Source: a bacterium (GTDB taxonomy: Bacteria; Patescibacteriota; Dojkabacteria; JAKAPS01). From it: a stretch of 64,000 bases of DNA. Made by a program: the position numbers and the translations under genes. Under the pieces are notes generated by a model, which was not told where the DNA came from, ran no database searches, and saw only the letters and a program-made list of their open reading frames with translations. This document shows, one piece after another, positions 10,517-21,928 of the stretch; positions within the stretch are counted from its first letter, which is position 1, and each line of letters opens with the position of its first letter. The stretch lies in NCBI GenBank assembly GCA_021806925.1, contig JAKAPS010000004.1, positions 1,586-65,585 on the forward strand, written 5' to 3'.

Positions 10517-11666
10517 ACAAAAAAAATATAAAGTATATATTGATGCACAACCGTTGACTCCACCAAGAAGCGGAGTAGGGGAGTACCTAAAAAATATACT
10601 CAAAAGGCTTGAAAATAATCCAAGGGTTTATAAGTACACATTTAAGATGGGGCTAATGAGAGCTTTCTATAAAAAACCAATCGACCTTGATATTAATGAT
10701 ATAAAAACACCAGTTGTAATTGAGAGAATCATTCCAAAATCAGTATATATTCTACTTGCCGTTCTTGGTATAAAGGTTCCATTAGAGATATTCTTTGGAT
10801 TTAATGATATTTATTTTTTTGAAAACTTTACAACATTTAAAAAGATAAAGGGGAAAAGCATCACTGTAATACATGATTTATCCTACCTTAAATTCCCGGA
10901 TACATTATCAAAAAATAACAGATTATCATTAAACTACTCAGTAAAGGATTCTATAAAAAATGCTGATGTGATTATTGCAATATCGAACTCAGTAAAATCA
11001 GAATTAGAAGAAACATTTGATAGAAAGGATTTTAGAGTTATATACCCTATAATAGAGTTTGGGGAGAATTTCACTTCACATGAGTTTGAAGAAGGGTTTA
11101 GCGATAACGCTACAAAATATCTGAGAAAACATGATCTAGAGAAGGATAAATACATATTTTTTATAGGGAATATGGAACCAAGAAAGAACATTGTAAACCT
11201 AATAAATGGGTATGTTAAAAGTGATGGGTTAAGAAACAATATAAAATTGGTACTAGCTGGAGCTAACGCTTGGAATAATTCAGAGATACTCAAATCAATA
11301 AAAGAAAATAACATCATAAGCCTTGGAAAAGTTACTTCAGAAGAGAAGGCAATCCTATTTAAGAATTGCTTATTTGGTATAAATGTTTCAATGTATGAAG
11401 GATTTGGCATGCCTGTAGTTGAATCATTCTCATTTGGAAAATCAATGCTTCTATCGGATATTCCAATATTTGAAGAGGTTTCAGAATATGATTTCTATAC
11501 AGATCATACTGATACAGAAGATATAGGGAAGAAGATAAATACACTCATATATGATAATGAATTAAGACAAAGGCTAGAAACAAAGAGTAAAGATAGATTT
11601 AAATATTTTAACTCTCTTCATCAGGATGATGAATTATTGGATATTTTTGATGAATTAACTAAATAA
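10509..11666 (+). CDS. GT4 glycosyltransferase (WbaZ/MtfB-like)
   Basis: IHDL, GNMEPRKN, YEGFGMPVVES. Confidence 0.92.
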   Translation: MDKQKKYKVYIDAQPLTPPRSGVGEYLKNILKRLENNPRVYKYTFKMGLMRAFYKKPIDLDINDIKTPVVIERIIPKSVYILLAVLGIKVPLEIFFGFNDIYFFENFTTFKKIKGKSITVIHDLSYLKFPDTLSKNNRLSLNYSVKDSIKNADVIIAISNSVKSELEETFDRKDFRVIYPIIEFGENFTSHEFEEGFSDNATKYLRKHDLEKDKYIFFIGNMEPRKNIVNLINGYVKSDGLRNNIKLVLAGANAWNNSEILKSIKENNIISLGKVTSEEKAILFKNCLFGINVSMYEGFGMPVVESFSFGKSMLLSDIPIFEEVSEYDFYTDHTDTEDIGKKINTLIYDNELRQRLETKSKDRFKYFNSLHQDDELLDIFDELTK

Positions 11667-11684
11667 AAAAACTAATTCGTATCT

Positions 11685-13001
11685 TTATGTTACATTGATA
11701 GAATTCAATATTTCATTCATAGTACCAAGTGCAAGTGGATTAAATTCTCTTATCTGTGAGACTAGCTCTTGATTATTTGATATTACATTTAAAAATTCAT
11801 CCCATACACTCTGTTTCGCTGAAACTCTTAAGGATATATCAATAGCATTTACATAATGTGGCAACTTACCTTTTTCTGGACTTTCTGAATATAGTTTTTG
11901 AGCTAGTTTAGCTTGATCCTCAATTAATTTCCTATGTGTGCTTGGATTCGTAGTTGTCATCTCAGCACTATCAAACCAGCATATAGGGATTGGTGTGATC
12001 GAATTTTCATCACCCATCATTCTTACTTTTAACAGTAATTCTACATCAAATGAGAATCCTCTTATACATAAATTTCCATCTTTAATAAGCCTGCGAACAC
12101 AATCAGGAGACCAAGCCTTAAATCCGCATTGCGTATCTAAGGGAATGAATCCTCTTCCAAACAGGGTCTCTCTTAAATACCTTGCAACTTGTGCTCTAAT
12201 ATTCCTATCCGCAGTAATTAACATAACTGATTTTTGCAAACGTCTTGAACCAGCAGCAACTAATGTATCAGGGTTATTTACAAATGCATCTAATAATAAT
12301 CCAATTTGTCCAAGATCAACAGATAAATCCGCATCAGTTGTTACGATTATATCGTTACTTGATTTAGAATTCGAACATGATAATGCCATCCCGTATTCGA
12401 CAGCTGCAGCTTTAACTGTACTCTTTGGTATAGTTGCTCCATCTAGTGAATGTAAAATTACTTCATCATCAATATTAGCCTTATTTTCTATTGCTTTACC
12501 TAAGAAATTAACATAGAACTTACTACGTAATAAAGGATCACCATTTATTATAGCTTCAGCCAGTACTCCTGATGGTGGATCATCATTACACTGATCATCT
12601 ATCAAGGTTACTACATAATCTTTGTTTGAGCCTTTAAAAAGCCATTCAAGCTGTAAATACTTTTGTCTTAAAAAATCCTCCCCAAACTCATTCTCTTCCT
12701 TTCTTTGCATCCTTGTACCTTCGTGATACATTGGAATAACAATACTAATCAATCTTTTTTTTGGATCTGACATTAGTATCAATTTTGATATGGCAAGCTT
12801 CAACGTATATGCAACAAAAACATTAGGATCCACTTCAAAGGATAATTTTTGTTCTAATTGCCGCAAAAGACTTATATCTGAACTATATGAAATAATGGTA
12901 TCTGCATAGGATCTAGCCTCCTGCATAAATTCTGGGTCAGTCATATTTTTTATTGAATTATATTTATATCCTTGTTCTTTTAATAATTTTTCAACACTCA
13001 T
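11685..13001 (-). CDS. GT2 glycosyltransferase, dolichyl-phosphate glucosyltransferase-like
   Basis: ISIVIPMY, TDADLS, DTQCGFKA, FSFDVELL; start moved to ATG 13001 behind TTGAAT-N17-TATTAT. Confidence 0.8.
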   Translation of the reverse strand: MSVEKLLKEQGYKYNSIKNMTDPEFMQEARSYADTIISYSSDISLLRQLEQKLSFEVDPNVFVAYTLKLAISKLILMSDPKKRLISIVIPMYHEGTRMQRKEENEFGEDFLRQKYLQLEWLFKGSNKDYVVTLIDDQCNDDPPSGVLAEAIINGDPLLRSKFYVNFLGKAIENKANIDDEVILHSLDGATIPKSTVKAAAVEYGMALSCSNSKSSNDIIVTTDADLSVDLGQIGLLLDAFVNNPDTLVAAGSRRLQKSVMLITADRNIRAQVARYLRETLFGRGFIPLDTQCGFKAWSPDCVRRLIKDGNLCIRGFSFDVELLLKVRMMGDENSITPIPICWFDSAEMTTTNPSTHRKLIEDQAKLAQKLYSESPEKGKLPHYVNAIDISLRVSAKQSVWDEFLNVISNNQELVSQIREFNPLALGTMNEILNSINVT

Positions 13002-13094
13002 ACAGCATATAATAATACTCTTAACATTTGAATTCAAATATCTACATAAATTAATGTATTTCTAGTATAATCCAAACAGATATTTACAAGATTT

Positions 13095-14225
13095 ATGAGA
13101 AGCAAGGTAGATGATCAATTATCTGAAAGTAAAGTTAACAAACGTAGATCAATATTTATTGATGCATATGCATTAGTTCCGCCAATAAGTGGAGTAGGAT
13201 ATTACCTAAAGAGTATTATTGATAATCTTGTAAAATCAAATAAGTATGATATTGAGCTTGGTACTTTATCTTCATTTTATTCTAATGAGAGGAAAATTAA
13301 CTATGAGAATAAAGATGTAAAGCAAAAAATAGTCAAATTTCTACCTAGATCAATATACATACTATTAATGAGATTAAATATTGCACCTCCAATTGATATA
13401 TTCTTTGGAAGGCATGATCTCTATTTTTTTGAGAATTACGTATGCTACCCAGTAAAATCAGGTAAGACTATAACAGTAATTCATGATTTAACATTCAAAA
13501 AGTTTCCTCATGCTGTATTCTTCATAAATAGAATGAATCTAAATTTCATAGTGCCGTACACTTTGAATAAATCAGATGTAATAGTAACAGTATCGAACTC
13601 AATTAAAAAGGAAATATATAGATATTACTCTCCTAAGAAAAAGATACATGTAATATATCCGTCAATTGATAAGTCACTTGAAGAAGATGATAGCCTACTG
13701 AAAACATACTCTCTTAAGAAGGATGAATATATATATTTTGTTGGAAATCTTGAACCAAGAAAAAATTTAATCAACCTTATAAAAGCGTTTAATGAAGCAA
13801 AATTGAAGAATATGAAATTAGTAATTAGTGGAAATAAAGGATGGAAAAATAACAAAATAATGGAATTACTAAAATCAGAGAATGTATTACATATTGGAAG
13901 CCCAACAGAGAGTCAAAAGAATTCACTTATAAAAAACTGCCTATTCTTATCAATTGTATCTATATATGAAGGATTCGGAATGCCAATAATTGAAGGATTT
14001 AAATACAATAAAGCAGTTTTAATGTCTGATATTGAATCATTCCGGGAGATATCTAAAATGAACTTTTTTTGTGACCCGCATAATGTTAATGATATTAGGA
14101 AAAAAATGGAATCACTCTACTACGACACTAGGTTAAGACAAAAGTTAGAAAGACTAGGTACAGAAAGATACAAATACTTTTCTTCAATTGACCAATCTCA
14201 TGAACTAGAAGATATATTTAAATAA
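13095..14225 (+). CDS. GT4 glycosyltransferase, paralog of 10509..11666
   Basis: IHDL, GNLEPRKN, YEGFGMPIIE; collinear with the upstream GT4. Confidence 0.92.
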   Translation: MRSKVDDQLSESKVNKRRSIFIDAYALVPPISGVGYYLKSIIDNLVKSNKYDIELGTLSSFYSNERKINYENKDVKQKIVKFLPRSIYILLMRLNIAPPIDIFFGRHDLYFFENYVCYPVKSGKTITVIHDLTFKKFPHAVFFINRMNLNFIVPYTLNKSDVIVTVSNSIKKEIYRYYSPKKKIHVIYPSIDKSLEEDDSLLKTYSLKKDEYIYFVGNLEPRKNLINLIKAFNEAKLKNMKLVISGNKGWKNNKIMELLKSENVLHIGSPTESQKNSLIKNCLFLSIVSIYEGFGMPIIEGFKYNKAVLMSDIESFREISKMNFFCDPHNVNDIRKKMESLYYDTRLRQKLERLGTERYKYFSSIDQSHELEDIFK

Positions 14226-14266
14226 AATATGTAGCAGTTATAAAGCTGACTTATATTACTTTTTTG

Positions 14267-15022
14267 TTATATTTGCCCAAATTTCAATTTAAACAAATCC
14301 ATAATTGCCTTTAATATTACCGACAGTTTTGCACCAGTTGCTTTTCCAAATACTCTCCTTTTATGTGTTACAGGTACCTCAACATACTTGTATCCCTTTA
14401 ATTTAAGCTTATATAGTATTTCAGTGTTTATAAGGGCACTATTTGAAACAATGTTTATTGATTTTATTACATCACTCTTGAATAATTTAAATGCACAGTC
14501 TATATCTCTAACATGTACACCAATGAGAAGTTGAACCATTAAATTATATACTTTTGCATTTAGTAGCCTAATGAATGGATCATGTCTAGGTGCTCTATAA
14601 CCTATTATATAGTCAATTCCTTTCTTCTTAGCTATGATATCAAAGAATTTATCTAGATCCTCTACAACAAACTGATTATCGCTATCAGTAAAGAAAACCC
14701 ACTCAAGATTTGTAGATACTGAGAATCCTTTCCTTAAAGCACTACCGTATGAGTGAATTACTTCATTATCATTATCATATATTTTAACATGTTTATTATC
14801 TTTGAAGTTTTTCTCTACAACTTTTCTAGTATTATCAGACGAACCATCATTAACAACTACTATTTGGAATTCACTTAAGAAATCTTTGCTTGATAAGTAT
14901 TTAAGTATATTTTCTACCTGTAGTTTTATGTTTTTCTCTTCATTGAATGCTGGCATAAAAATAGTTAATGAAAGTTTTTTCTCTTTACCTTCAACTTTTT
15001 CTCTTGTACTTTTATTTCCCAT
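14267..15022 (-). CDS. GT2 glycosyltransferase (DPM/DPG synthase-like)
   Basis: MPAFNEE, NDGSSD, TDSDNQF, DIDCAFKLF. Confidence 0.92.
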   Translation of the reverse strand: MGNKSTREKVEGKEKKLSLTIFMPAFNEEKNIKLQVENILKYLSSKDFLSEFQIVVVNDGSSDNTRKVVEKNFKDNKHVKIYDNDNEVIHSYGSALRKGFSVSTNLEWVFFTDSDNQFVVEDLDKFFDIIAKKKGIDYIIGYRAPRHDPFIRLLNAKVYNLMVQLLIGVHVRDIDCAFKLFKSDVIKSINIVSNSALINTEILYKLKLKGYKYVEVPVTHKRRVFGKATGAKLSVILKAIMDLFKLKFGQI

Positions 15023-15345
15023 AGGTGATTAATTATTTATTTAAGTATCATATAAATAGAAAAATATTGCAACATCAAAAAGACACATTTGTTTTTAGCA
15101 AGTAAAATAGTTATTTATTGAGAAGCCACATTGTTGTAAAAATAATTTTTTTATGATATTAGAATCAAAAAAGTAAGAATAATGAATATGCCTGTGAAGC
15201 ATACAACATATGGGATAAAGATTAAAAAAAATACATATACTTAGAAAAATCCGATAGATAAGAGATATATTGTATATCCAACCCATATATATAAACTTTC
15301 TTTACCTACATATATCTTTGTGAGATAATTTGCAAGTAATACAAA

Positions 15346-16365
15346 ATGAAAATATATATATCTGATATATTAGATAAACCACAATTCAATGATTTACTGG
15401 TGTTAGTACAACAAGTTGAGAAATTAAAAACAAAGACTAATTTAGACTATATAAAATTAACCCTAAGTGATAAATCTGGTGTTTTAGAAGGTAAAATATG
15501 GGATAAGGCAATTGGATTATGTGATAAGGCTGAAGTAGGCGATATTGTGAAAATAACAGGAAAGGTTGATTCAACATATGCATCTAAACCCCAATTGATT
15601 ATAAGTTCACTAAGTAATACAAAATCAGATGCTGGAATCTTCTCTGAAATTAGTATTGATAGAAGTGATTTCTATAAAGAATCAAAAATACCTTTAGAGG
15701 AAAGAAAGGCTAGGACATTTAAATTTATAGATATGATAAAGAATGATCAATTGAGGGATATGCTTAATGATATTTTTAAAGATGAGAAGTATAAGACATA
15801 CTTTACATTTCCAGCAGCAGTTTCAATGCACCATGCATATGTAGGTGGACTTAGTCAGCATGTATTGGAAATGCTTGATCTTGGTGTATATCTATCAAAT
15901 AAATTTGATTATGTAAATTTAGACATTGTTTTAGCTGGAATTCTAATGCATGATTTTGCAAAAATATGGGAATTTGAAGAAGTGCAACAAGGTGTATTTA
16001 AATATTCTGTCCTTGGTAATTTACATGGACATATATTCATGGGTGCAAATTTTGTAAAAGAGAATGCACCTAAATATGGTATTGACGATGAAACATTAAT
16101 AAGACTAATTCACGTTGTATTATCTCATCATGGTAAGAAAGAATGGGGATCACCAGTAGCTCCGAAAACTCTTGAAGCTAGAATAGTTCACAGAGTAGAT
16201 GTAATGTCTGAAGAACTAAGATCTATAGATGATGCAATTGAATCAAGAAGTCAAGATATAGAGAAGATTCAAATACTTGAAGAATACTACTACTTCGGAT
16301 TTGTAAATAATGATTCCCTAGAGTTGGAAAAACATCAAACTGAAGAAGAAATACTAGAAAACTAA
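15346..16365 (+). CDS. yhaM: 3'-5' exoribonuclease YhaM family (OB fold + HD)
   Basis: LSDKSG..GKIW OB fold; HHAYVGGL, LMHDFAK, SHHG. Confidence 0.88.
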   Translation: MKIYISDILDKPQFNDLLVLVQQVEKLKTKTNLDYIKLTLSDKSGVLEGKIWDKAIGLCDKAEVGDIVKITGKVDSTYASKPQLIISSLSNTKSDAGIFSEISIDRSDFYKESKIPLEERKARTFKFIDMIKNDQLRDMLNDIFKDEKYKTYFTFPAAVSMHHAYVGGLSQHVLEMLDLGVYLSNKFDYVNLDIVLAGILMHDFAKIWEFEEVQQGVFKYSVLGNLHGHIFMGANFVKENAPKYGIDDETLIRLIHVVLSHHGKKEWGSPVAPKTLEARIVHRVDVMSEELRSIDDAIESRSQDIEKIQILEEYYYFGFVNNDSLELEKHQTEEEILEN

Positions 16366-16370
16366 TAGAC

Positions 16371-17495
16371 ATGAATATTGTAATAATTAACCCTACATAT
16401 AACGAGAATGAGAATATAAAGATTCTTGTAAAAGAAATTGGAAAAGTTATACATGAATTGGAGGAGAATAATAAATCTGATACTGTTATACAGCTTGTTG
16501 TAGATGATTCATCTCCTGATGGAACAGGGGAGACTGTAAAGACGCTTATGAAGGATTCTTCATATAGCTTCCTTAGAATAATCGAGGGGAATAAAGAAGG
16601 ATTAGGTAAAGCTTATGTTAGGGGTATGAAGTACGCAATAGAATCTCTTCATGCTGATGTAGTTATTGAGATGGATGCAGATCTACAGCATGATCCAAAA
16701 TTAATAAAGACTTTAATTAAATATATATATGATGGATATGATTTTGTTATTGCGTCAAGATATGTAAGTGGTGGAGCATATGAAAAAACCTGGAGTAAAT
16801 TTAGAGTTTTAAACAGTAAGATTGCAAATATTGTATCAAGAGGAATTGCAGGATTGAAAACTCATGATACAACATCTGGATTCAGAGCTATAAGGTCAAC
16901 AATACTAAATAAAATTGATTTAGAAAACATTACTTCTGATGGTTATGCATTTCAATTCGAATTACTTTACTTGGCAGAGAAAAAACATGCAAAGATAAAA
17001 GAATTTGGGTTCCTATTCAAAGATAGAAAATTTGGTCAAAGTAAAATAAGTTTAAATAAGCAATATATACTTGATATATTGAATTTCTTCTTCCTTGCAT
17101 TTAAGTTTAGATATTTAAACTCTATAAAAATATTAAAATTTGGTGTAGTAGGATTAACAGGAACAATTATTAATCTGATAATCTACCATCTTGTTATTAA
17201 AGATGTAAAAATAGCATTTATAGCAGAGGCAATAGGATATGAATTATCATTATTCTTTAATTTTGGATTTAATCATTACTGGACATTTAAATCAAATGAA
17301 AAGCCACTTAAAGCATTAATAAAATACAATGGAACATCACTTATATCATTAATTGTAACATCAACTGTTACACAGATTACATCACTTTTATTCTCTAAAT
17401 ACAAGACTAATTTCCTTATACCTATACCAGGTATTGGAGTTGGATTCATAGTCAACTATGTATTAGCAAAGAAATTTGTTTGGAGACAAAAATAA
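16371..17495 (+). CDS. Polyprenol-phosphate mannose synthase-like GT2 fused to GtrA-like domain
   Basis: PTYNENENI, VDDSSPDGT, MDADLQH, GYAFQ; C-terminal KFGVVG...N..WTF. Confidence 0.9.
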   Translation: MNIVIINPTYNENENIKILVKEIGKVIHELEENNKSDTVIQLVVDDSSPDGTGETVKTLMKDSSYSFLRIIEGNKEGLGKAYVRGMKYAIESLHADVVIEMDADLQHDPKLIKTLIKYIYDGYDFVIASRYVSGGAYEKTWSKFRVLNSKIANIVSRGIAGLKTHDTTSGFRAIRSTILNKIDLENITSDGYAFQFELLYLAEKKHAKIKEFGFLFKDRKFGQSKISLNKQYILDILNFFFLAFKFRYLNSIKILKFGVVGLTGTIINLIIYHLVIKDVKIAFIAEAIGYELSLFFNFGFNHYWTFKSNEKPLKALIKYNGTSLISLIVTSTVTQITSLLFSKYKTNFLIPIPGIGVGFIVNYVLAKKFVWRQK

Positions 17496-17519
17496 ATAGG
17501 ATAGGGGAAATATGTACGC

Positions 17520-18707
17520 CTACATAGTCTTAAATATATTCACAAGCTTTAATACATCATCATTCCAGGAAAATCTCTTAATGTTCTCTGCACCTAATTT
17601 CGTTAATTTGTTTCGTTTCGTTGTATCCGTACTAAGTGTATCAATAGCTTCAGATAAACTATCTACATCGTTATTTTCAACAAATACAGCACCCTTTCCT
17701 GCAGCTTCAACCAAAGATGAGCTTTTTACAGAGATAACAGGAATGCCAAAGAATTGAGCCTCAATAATTGGTAACCCAAATCCTTCATAAACTGAAGAAC
17801 ATATTGCAATTTTTGAACGGTAATATAGGTAGCTCAAAGTTTTATCATTTATTTCACTGTATAATTCAAAATATTTTTTGTATTTTATAGGTATTATTGG
17901 CTTTACACTTTTAGTCTTCCTGGTAGATAACCCGTTTATCCCAACAATAGCCATCTTTAAGTTACTATCCTTGTGTTCGCTAAGGTATTTAATAAATCCG
18001 CTTACTGCAAAGCTATTATTTTTTCTTTTATCAAACCCTCCTAAACATATTATAAGATTCCTATCATTCTGCCTAATATTATTTTCACCATTGAACTTAG
18101 GTCTTGATTTATTTGTTTGTTTTTTTGAATTACTAATTGCTTTAGTATTGTTAAGTAGGAATGATTCAAACTGGGGTGATATTGATGGATATAGTACAAG
18201 GACCTTATCCTCATTTAATTTTGGAAATGTATCCAATATTTCATCTTTTGAAAATTGGGAAACTGTAATTATCAAATCAGCATATCTTTGAGCTTGCAAT
18301 GATTTTATTATAAACCAGATTTTAGAATATAGGTTTATATACCCGCCAAATTTTATCTGTATCAAATCGTGAATATACGTTATTTTTTTACACTTACTAA
18401 ACAATGGAATTGTAAATGATTCAAATGACACGTATATATCCGTTTTGAATTTATTTACTTGATAATTAAGAAGTGTAAAGTCATAAAGAACCCTGAATAC
18501 ATTAATATTAGCTAATTTTTGAGAAAAAAAATGGACTTCAGGAAACTTATTTCTCATTTTAGATAAAATTGATTTGTGTACAAGCACTGTAAAATCAAAT
18601 TCTTCTGAATATTGGCTAAAAAGTATTGTAGATATATTGTATGTTACTCTACCAGTTCCATCCTTTTTATGCATGTGCCTGCAATCTAAAAAAATTCTTT
18701 TCTTCAT
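17520..18707 (-). CDS. GT4 glycosyltransferase
   Basis: IHDL, DKRKN, YEGFGLPIIEA. Confidence 0.9.
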   Translation of the reverse strand: MKKRIFLDCRHMHKKDGTGRVTYNISTILFSQYSEEFDFTVLVHKSILSKMRNKFPEVHFFSQKLANINVFRVLYDFTLLNYQVNKFKTDIYVSFESFTIPLFSKCKKITYIHDLIQIKFGGYINLYSKIWFIIKSLQAQRYADLIITVSQFSKDEILDTFPKLNEDKVLVLYPSISPQFESFLLNNTKAISNSKKQTNKSRPKFNGENNIRQNDRNLIICLGGFDKRKNNSFAVSGFIKYLSEHKDSNLKMAIVGINGLSTRKTKSVKPIIPIKYKKYFELYSEINDKTLSYLYYRSKIAICSSVYEGFGLPIIEAQFFGIPVISVKSSSLVEAAGKGAVFVENNDVDSLSEAIDTLSTDTTKRNKLTKLGAENIKRFSWNDDVLKLVNIFKTM

Positions 18708-18718
18708 AGAATGTATAT

Positions 18719-19366
18719 TTAAATAACACCTTTCTTCTTTATTATTGCCATGGGTGTCTTTAATAGAATTAACATATCATGAATAAAAGATTTCCTATCT
18801 ACATATTCTGCATCCATCTTTATTCTTTGGTTGAATGATATGGTTGATCTTCCGCCTACTTGCCATTCTCCTGTTATACCAGGTTTAACTGACAATATCT
18901 TCTTTATATCCTCGCGTGTTTTAGGGTGTTCTTTCCAATATTCATCTATTTCAAATTTAAAATACGGTCTTGGGCCAACAATACTCATATTCCCCTGAAG
19001 CACATCAAAGAATTGTGGCAATTCATCGATACTTGTTGCCCTAATAAATTTACCTATCTTTGTAATTCTTGGATCTTCATCTATACCTAATTTGTTGTTA
19101 TTTCTCCTATACTTTTCATATAACTCAGTATTAGCCTGTAATACCTCCCATGCATTTGGAATCATTGATCTAAATTTCTTCATAAAGAATGGTTTTCCTT
19201 TTAATCCAATATGAACTGGCATATCTTTCTTGAGTGGATAAACACTATGAGAATCTGTTTCATCAAAATACACTAGGATAGCTAGAACAAGCATAATAGG
19301 GGAGAATAAAACTATGAACACGAGAGAAAGTACAATATCTCCACCCCTTTCTATATATTTGTACAT
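18719..19366 (-). CDS. Priming sugar phosphotransferase (WbaP/WcaJ C-terminal family)
   Basis: KFRSM, DPRITKIG, SIDELPQ, GNMSIVGPRP, KPGITG. Confidence 0.93.
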   Translation of the reverse strand: MYKYIERGGDIVLSLVFIVLFSPIMLVLAILVYFDETDSHSVYPLKKDMPVHIGLKGKPFFMKKFRSMIPNAWEVLQANTELYEKYRRNNNKLGIDEDPRITKIGKFIRATSIDELPQFFDVLQGNMSIVGPRPYFKFEIDEYWKEHPKTREDIKKILSVKPGITGEWQVGGRSTISFNQRIKMDAEYVDRKSFIHDMLILLKTPMAIIKKKGVI

Positions 19367-19511
19367 CTTTAATTTGTAAGCTAATTATACTACACATTAA
19401 AAACAAATTCATTAGAGAAATCCTTTACAATACAAACATGTGATTTATTAGAAGATATATATAAAAAATATAGGTATTGCAATTTGTTGAAAATATGGTA
19501 TTATGTAAATC

Positions 19512-20108
19512 ATGTCAAATTATAGAACAGGTAAACCTAAAGTCAATGAACCATTTTATCCGCCATACACTGGTCCTTATAAACCAAGAACAAGAGGAGA
19601 TAAGAGAATTGCTAACATGATAGCAACTGAAATTATAAAATGGTTACCAAGCGACATGAGTACGCAATTGGAATTTTTCAATTTGATTTATTCAAAATTA
19701 CATGCAAACAGAGATGATAATGCATATAAAGATCCAGTTATACCTAGTCCTAGTAATGCAAGAGAGATCAATAATTTATTAGATGCAATGAGTAAGCGAG
19801 GTATAACTTGCACTCCGGACCCGGTCGTTTTTTGTAGAAATTTGCTTGGTAATCCAATTCAAAGAGAAAGAATTCATATTGTAGCGCTGCTCTTAAGTGA
19901 CAAGGAATTAGCAAAGTATGGATTAGAACTAAGTGTTTCTAAAATTGAAAATGAAGAAAACAAATTTAAAATAGAACTATCGTCTAGCAATTCTAAATTA
20001 TCTGTATTCGAAATAGTAGACTTTTCAAACATACGTAATTGTATGAGACCCAAAAATCCTACGAGAAGGATAGGTCGTCGATCACATAGTACAGAACGAA
20101 ACATATAA
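19512..20108 (+). CDS. Hypothetical protein
   Basis: 198-aa ORF with promoter TTGCAA-N16-TATTAT-N7-ATG. Confidence 0.6.
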   Translation: MSNYRTGKPKVNEPFYPPYTGPYKPRTRGDKRIANMIATEIIKWLPSDMSTQLEFFNLIYSKLHANRDDNAYKDPVIPSPSNAREINNLLDAMSKRGITCTPDPVVFCRNLLGNPIQRERIHIVALLLSDKELAKYGLELSVSKIENEENKFKIELSSSNSKLSVFEIVDFSNIRNCMRPKNPTRRIGRRSHSTERNI

Positions 20109-20199
20109 AAATAGACATACACAATTTAAGCATATAAATATATCTACTGCACATATTTTTGTTAGTTATATAACATATGGTGTATAATACAAGAAATTA

Positions 20200-21516
20200 A
20201 TGGGAATTATAATCTCAAACATACCGCCAAAGGGTACATCAGACTGGTTTCCTGATGAATACGCTATTAGGTCATATATATTCTCAGTATGGAGAAAAGT
20301 AGTTTTAAGTTTTGGTTTTCAAGAATACATGTCTCCCATACTTGAATATTCTGAAATATATAAGGCAAAATCTGGTGAAGATATTGGTAAGCATGAACTT
20401 CTTTCATTTATCGATAGGGGAGGGAGAGAACTATCACTTAGACCTGAAATGACACCTGGTATTACTAGAATAATTTCAAGGATATATAATAAAGAAACAA
20501 AACCTATAAAGTATTTTTCTATTGCAAACTTTTTTAGAAATCAAAATACACAGCAGGGGAGGAATAGGGAATTCTGGCAACTCAACTATGATATATTTGG
20601 AACTGAATCAATAATCTCAGACATTGAGATAATACAAATTGGGATAGAAATAATGATCCAATTTGGAGCTACAAAAGATAACTTCCAAGTTCAGATTAAT
20701 AACAGAGAGTTTGTTGATGATTTCATTAATAAATATCTTGATTTAAATGAGAATAATAAAAGAACTAGCTTGATTGAGATATTGGATAAATTTAACAAGA
20801 TATCAGAAGAAGAACTAAATAAAAATTTAACTGAACTTGGACTTACTGAAATAAATATAGAAAAGATAAAATCATTTATTCTATCAGAAACAATTGAAGA
20901 TGTAATATACAAATATCCTGAATTATCAAGTTCAAAAGGGTATATTAAATTGAATGAATTATTGGATATGCTAGTGAGTATTGGGTATGGTGAATATATT
21001 AAATATTCTCCGCTTCTCTTCAGAGGATTCGATTACTATAATGGAACTGTTTTTGAAATGTTTCCTATAAATGGAACTAATGAAAGGTCTCTTTTCGGTG
21101 GTGGTAGATACAATGGACTATCTAAAATATTTGGTCTTAAAGAAGATGTTTTTGCTGTTGGTGCTGCACCAGGAGATGAAACAACCAAGTTATTTTTAAT
21201 TACAAATAATCTGTTACCAGAATATTTAAAGGTTACTAAAAGAGCTGACATTTACATCCCGTTACTTGATACTAAATTTTTAAAAGAAGTAATTGAACTA
21301 TCAAAGTCATTGAGAATGAAAACAAATTATTCAGTTGAATGTGGATTTGATCAGCAATCTATATCAAAGGCATTCTCATTTAGCAATAAAAATAACTTTA
21401 AATATGTAGTTATAATTGGAAGTGATGAGATAAAGGATAAAACATACACAATAAAAAACCTTTATACAGGAAAACAAGTAACACTTCCAATTAATAACGT
21501 AAATATAGATATATAA
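20200..21516 (+). CDS. hisS: Histidine--tRNA ligase
   Basis: PKGTSD, LRPEMT, GRNREFWQ, RGFDYYNG, GGGRYNGL. Confidence 0.96.
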   Translation: MGIIISNIPPKGTSDWFPDEYAIRSYIFSVWRKVVLSFGFQEYMSPILEYSEIYKAKSGEDIGKHELLSFIDRGGRELSLRPEMTPGITRIISRIYNKETKPIKYFSIANFFRNQNTQQGRNREFWQLNYDIFGTESIISDIEIIQIGIEIMIQFGATKDNFQVQINNREFVDDFINKYLDLNENNKRTSLIEILDKFNKISEEELNKNLTELGLTEINIEKIKSFILSETIEDVIYKYPELSSSKGYIKLNELLDMLVSIGYGEYIKYSPLLFRGFDYYNGTVFEMFPINGTNERSLFGGGRYNGLSKIFGLKEDVFAVGAAPGDETTKLFLITNNLLPEYLKVTKRADIYIPLLDTKFLKEVIELSKSLRMKTNYSVECGFDQQSISKAFSFSNKNNFKYVVIIGSDEIKDKTYTIKNLYTGKQVTLPINNVNIDI

Positions 21517-21634
21517 TTTGATAGTTTACTTCAATTGACAAGGTTTCAATTTTCTGTTTGTTATTTTTATTTGTCTTTGCTTATTCACATAAAATGTGAT
21601 GATGTCAATCTCAACAAAACAGAAGATTTATCAA

Positions 21635-21928
21635 TTAATATGAATCTACCCTGTTAAGAAGTATGTTATATAATACTAATGCTCTCTCTGCACTCTCGTA
21701 ACTATTAAATGGGAATCCATATTTTATTTGATACAAGAGTCTTTCAAGTGATTTGAAATCTTCATTATTAATATAATCAAGTGTATTAAATAATTCAATT
21801 GATTGATTATTAAAAGATATTATTAATTGATTATTAATATCTTCCTTATTTTCGGTTATCAAATTAGCTACCCTTTTTAGATTGGAGGCTATAGATAGAA
21901 TCACTGTTCTTTTTTGTAAATTATTCAT
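21635..21928 (-). CDS. Hypothetical helical protein coupled to DUF5674-like gene
   Basis: Overlaps the stop of the upstream gene; SIASNLKRVAN segment. Confidence 0.6.
   Translation of the reverse strand: MNNLQKRTVILSIASNLKRVANLITENKEDINNQLIISFNNQSIELFNTLDYINNEDFKSLERLLYQIKYGFPFNSYESAERALVLYNILLNRVDSY

Noticed and set aside
21516-21635. Possible ncRNA between hisS and the convergent gene
   Set aside because: AT-rich stems (TTCTGTTTGTT/AACAAAACAGAA, TCACAT/ATGTGA) are adequately explained as a bidirectional terminator region
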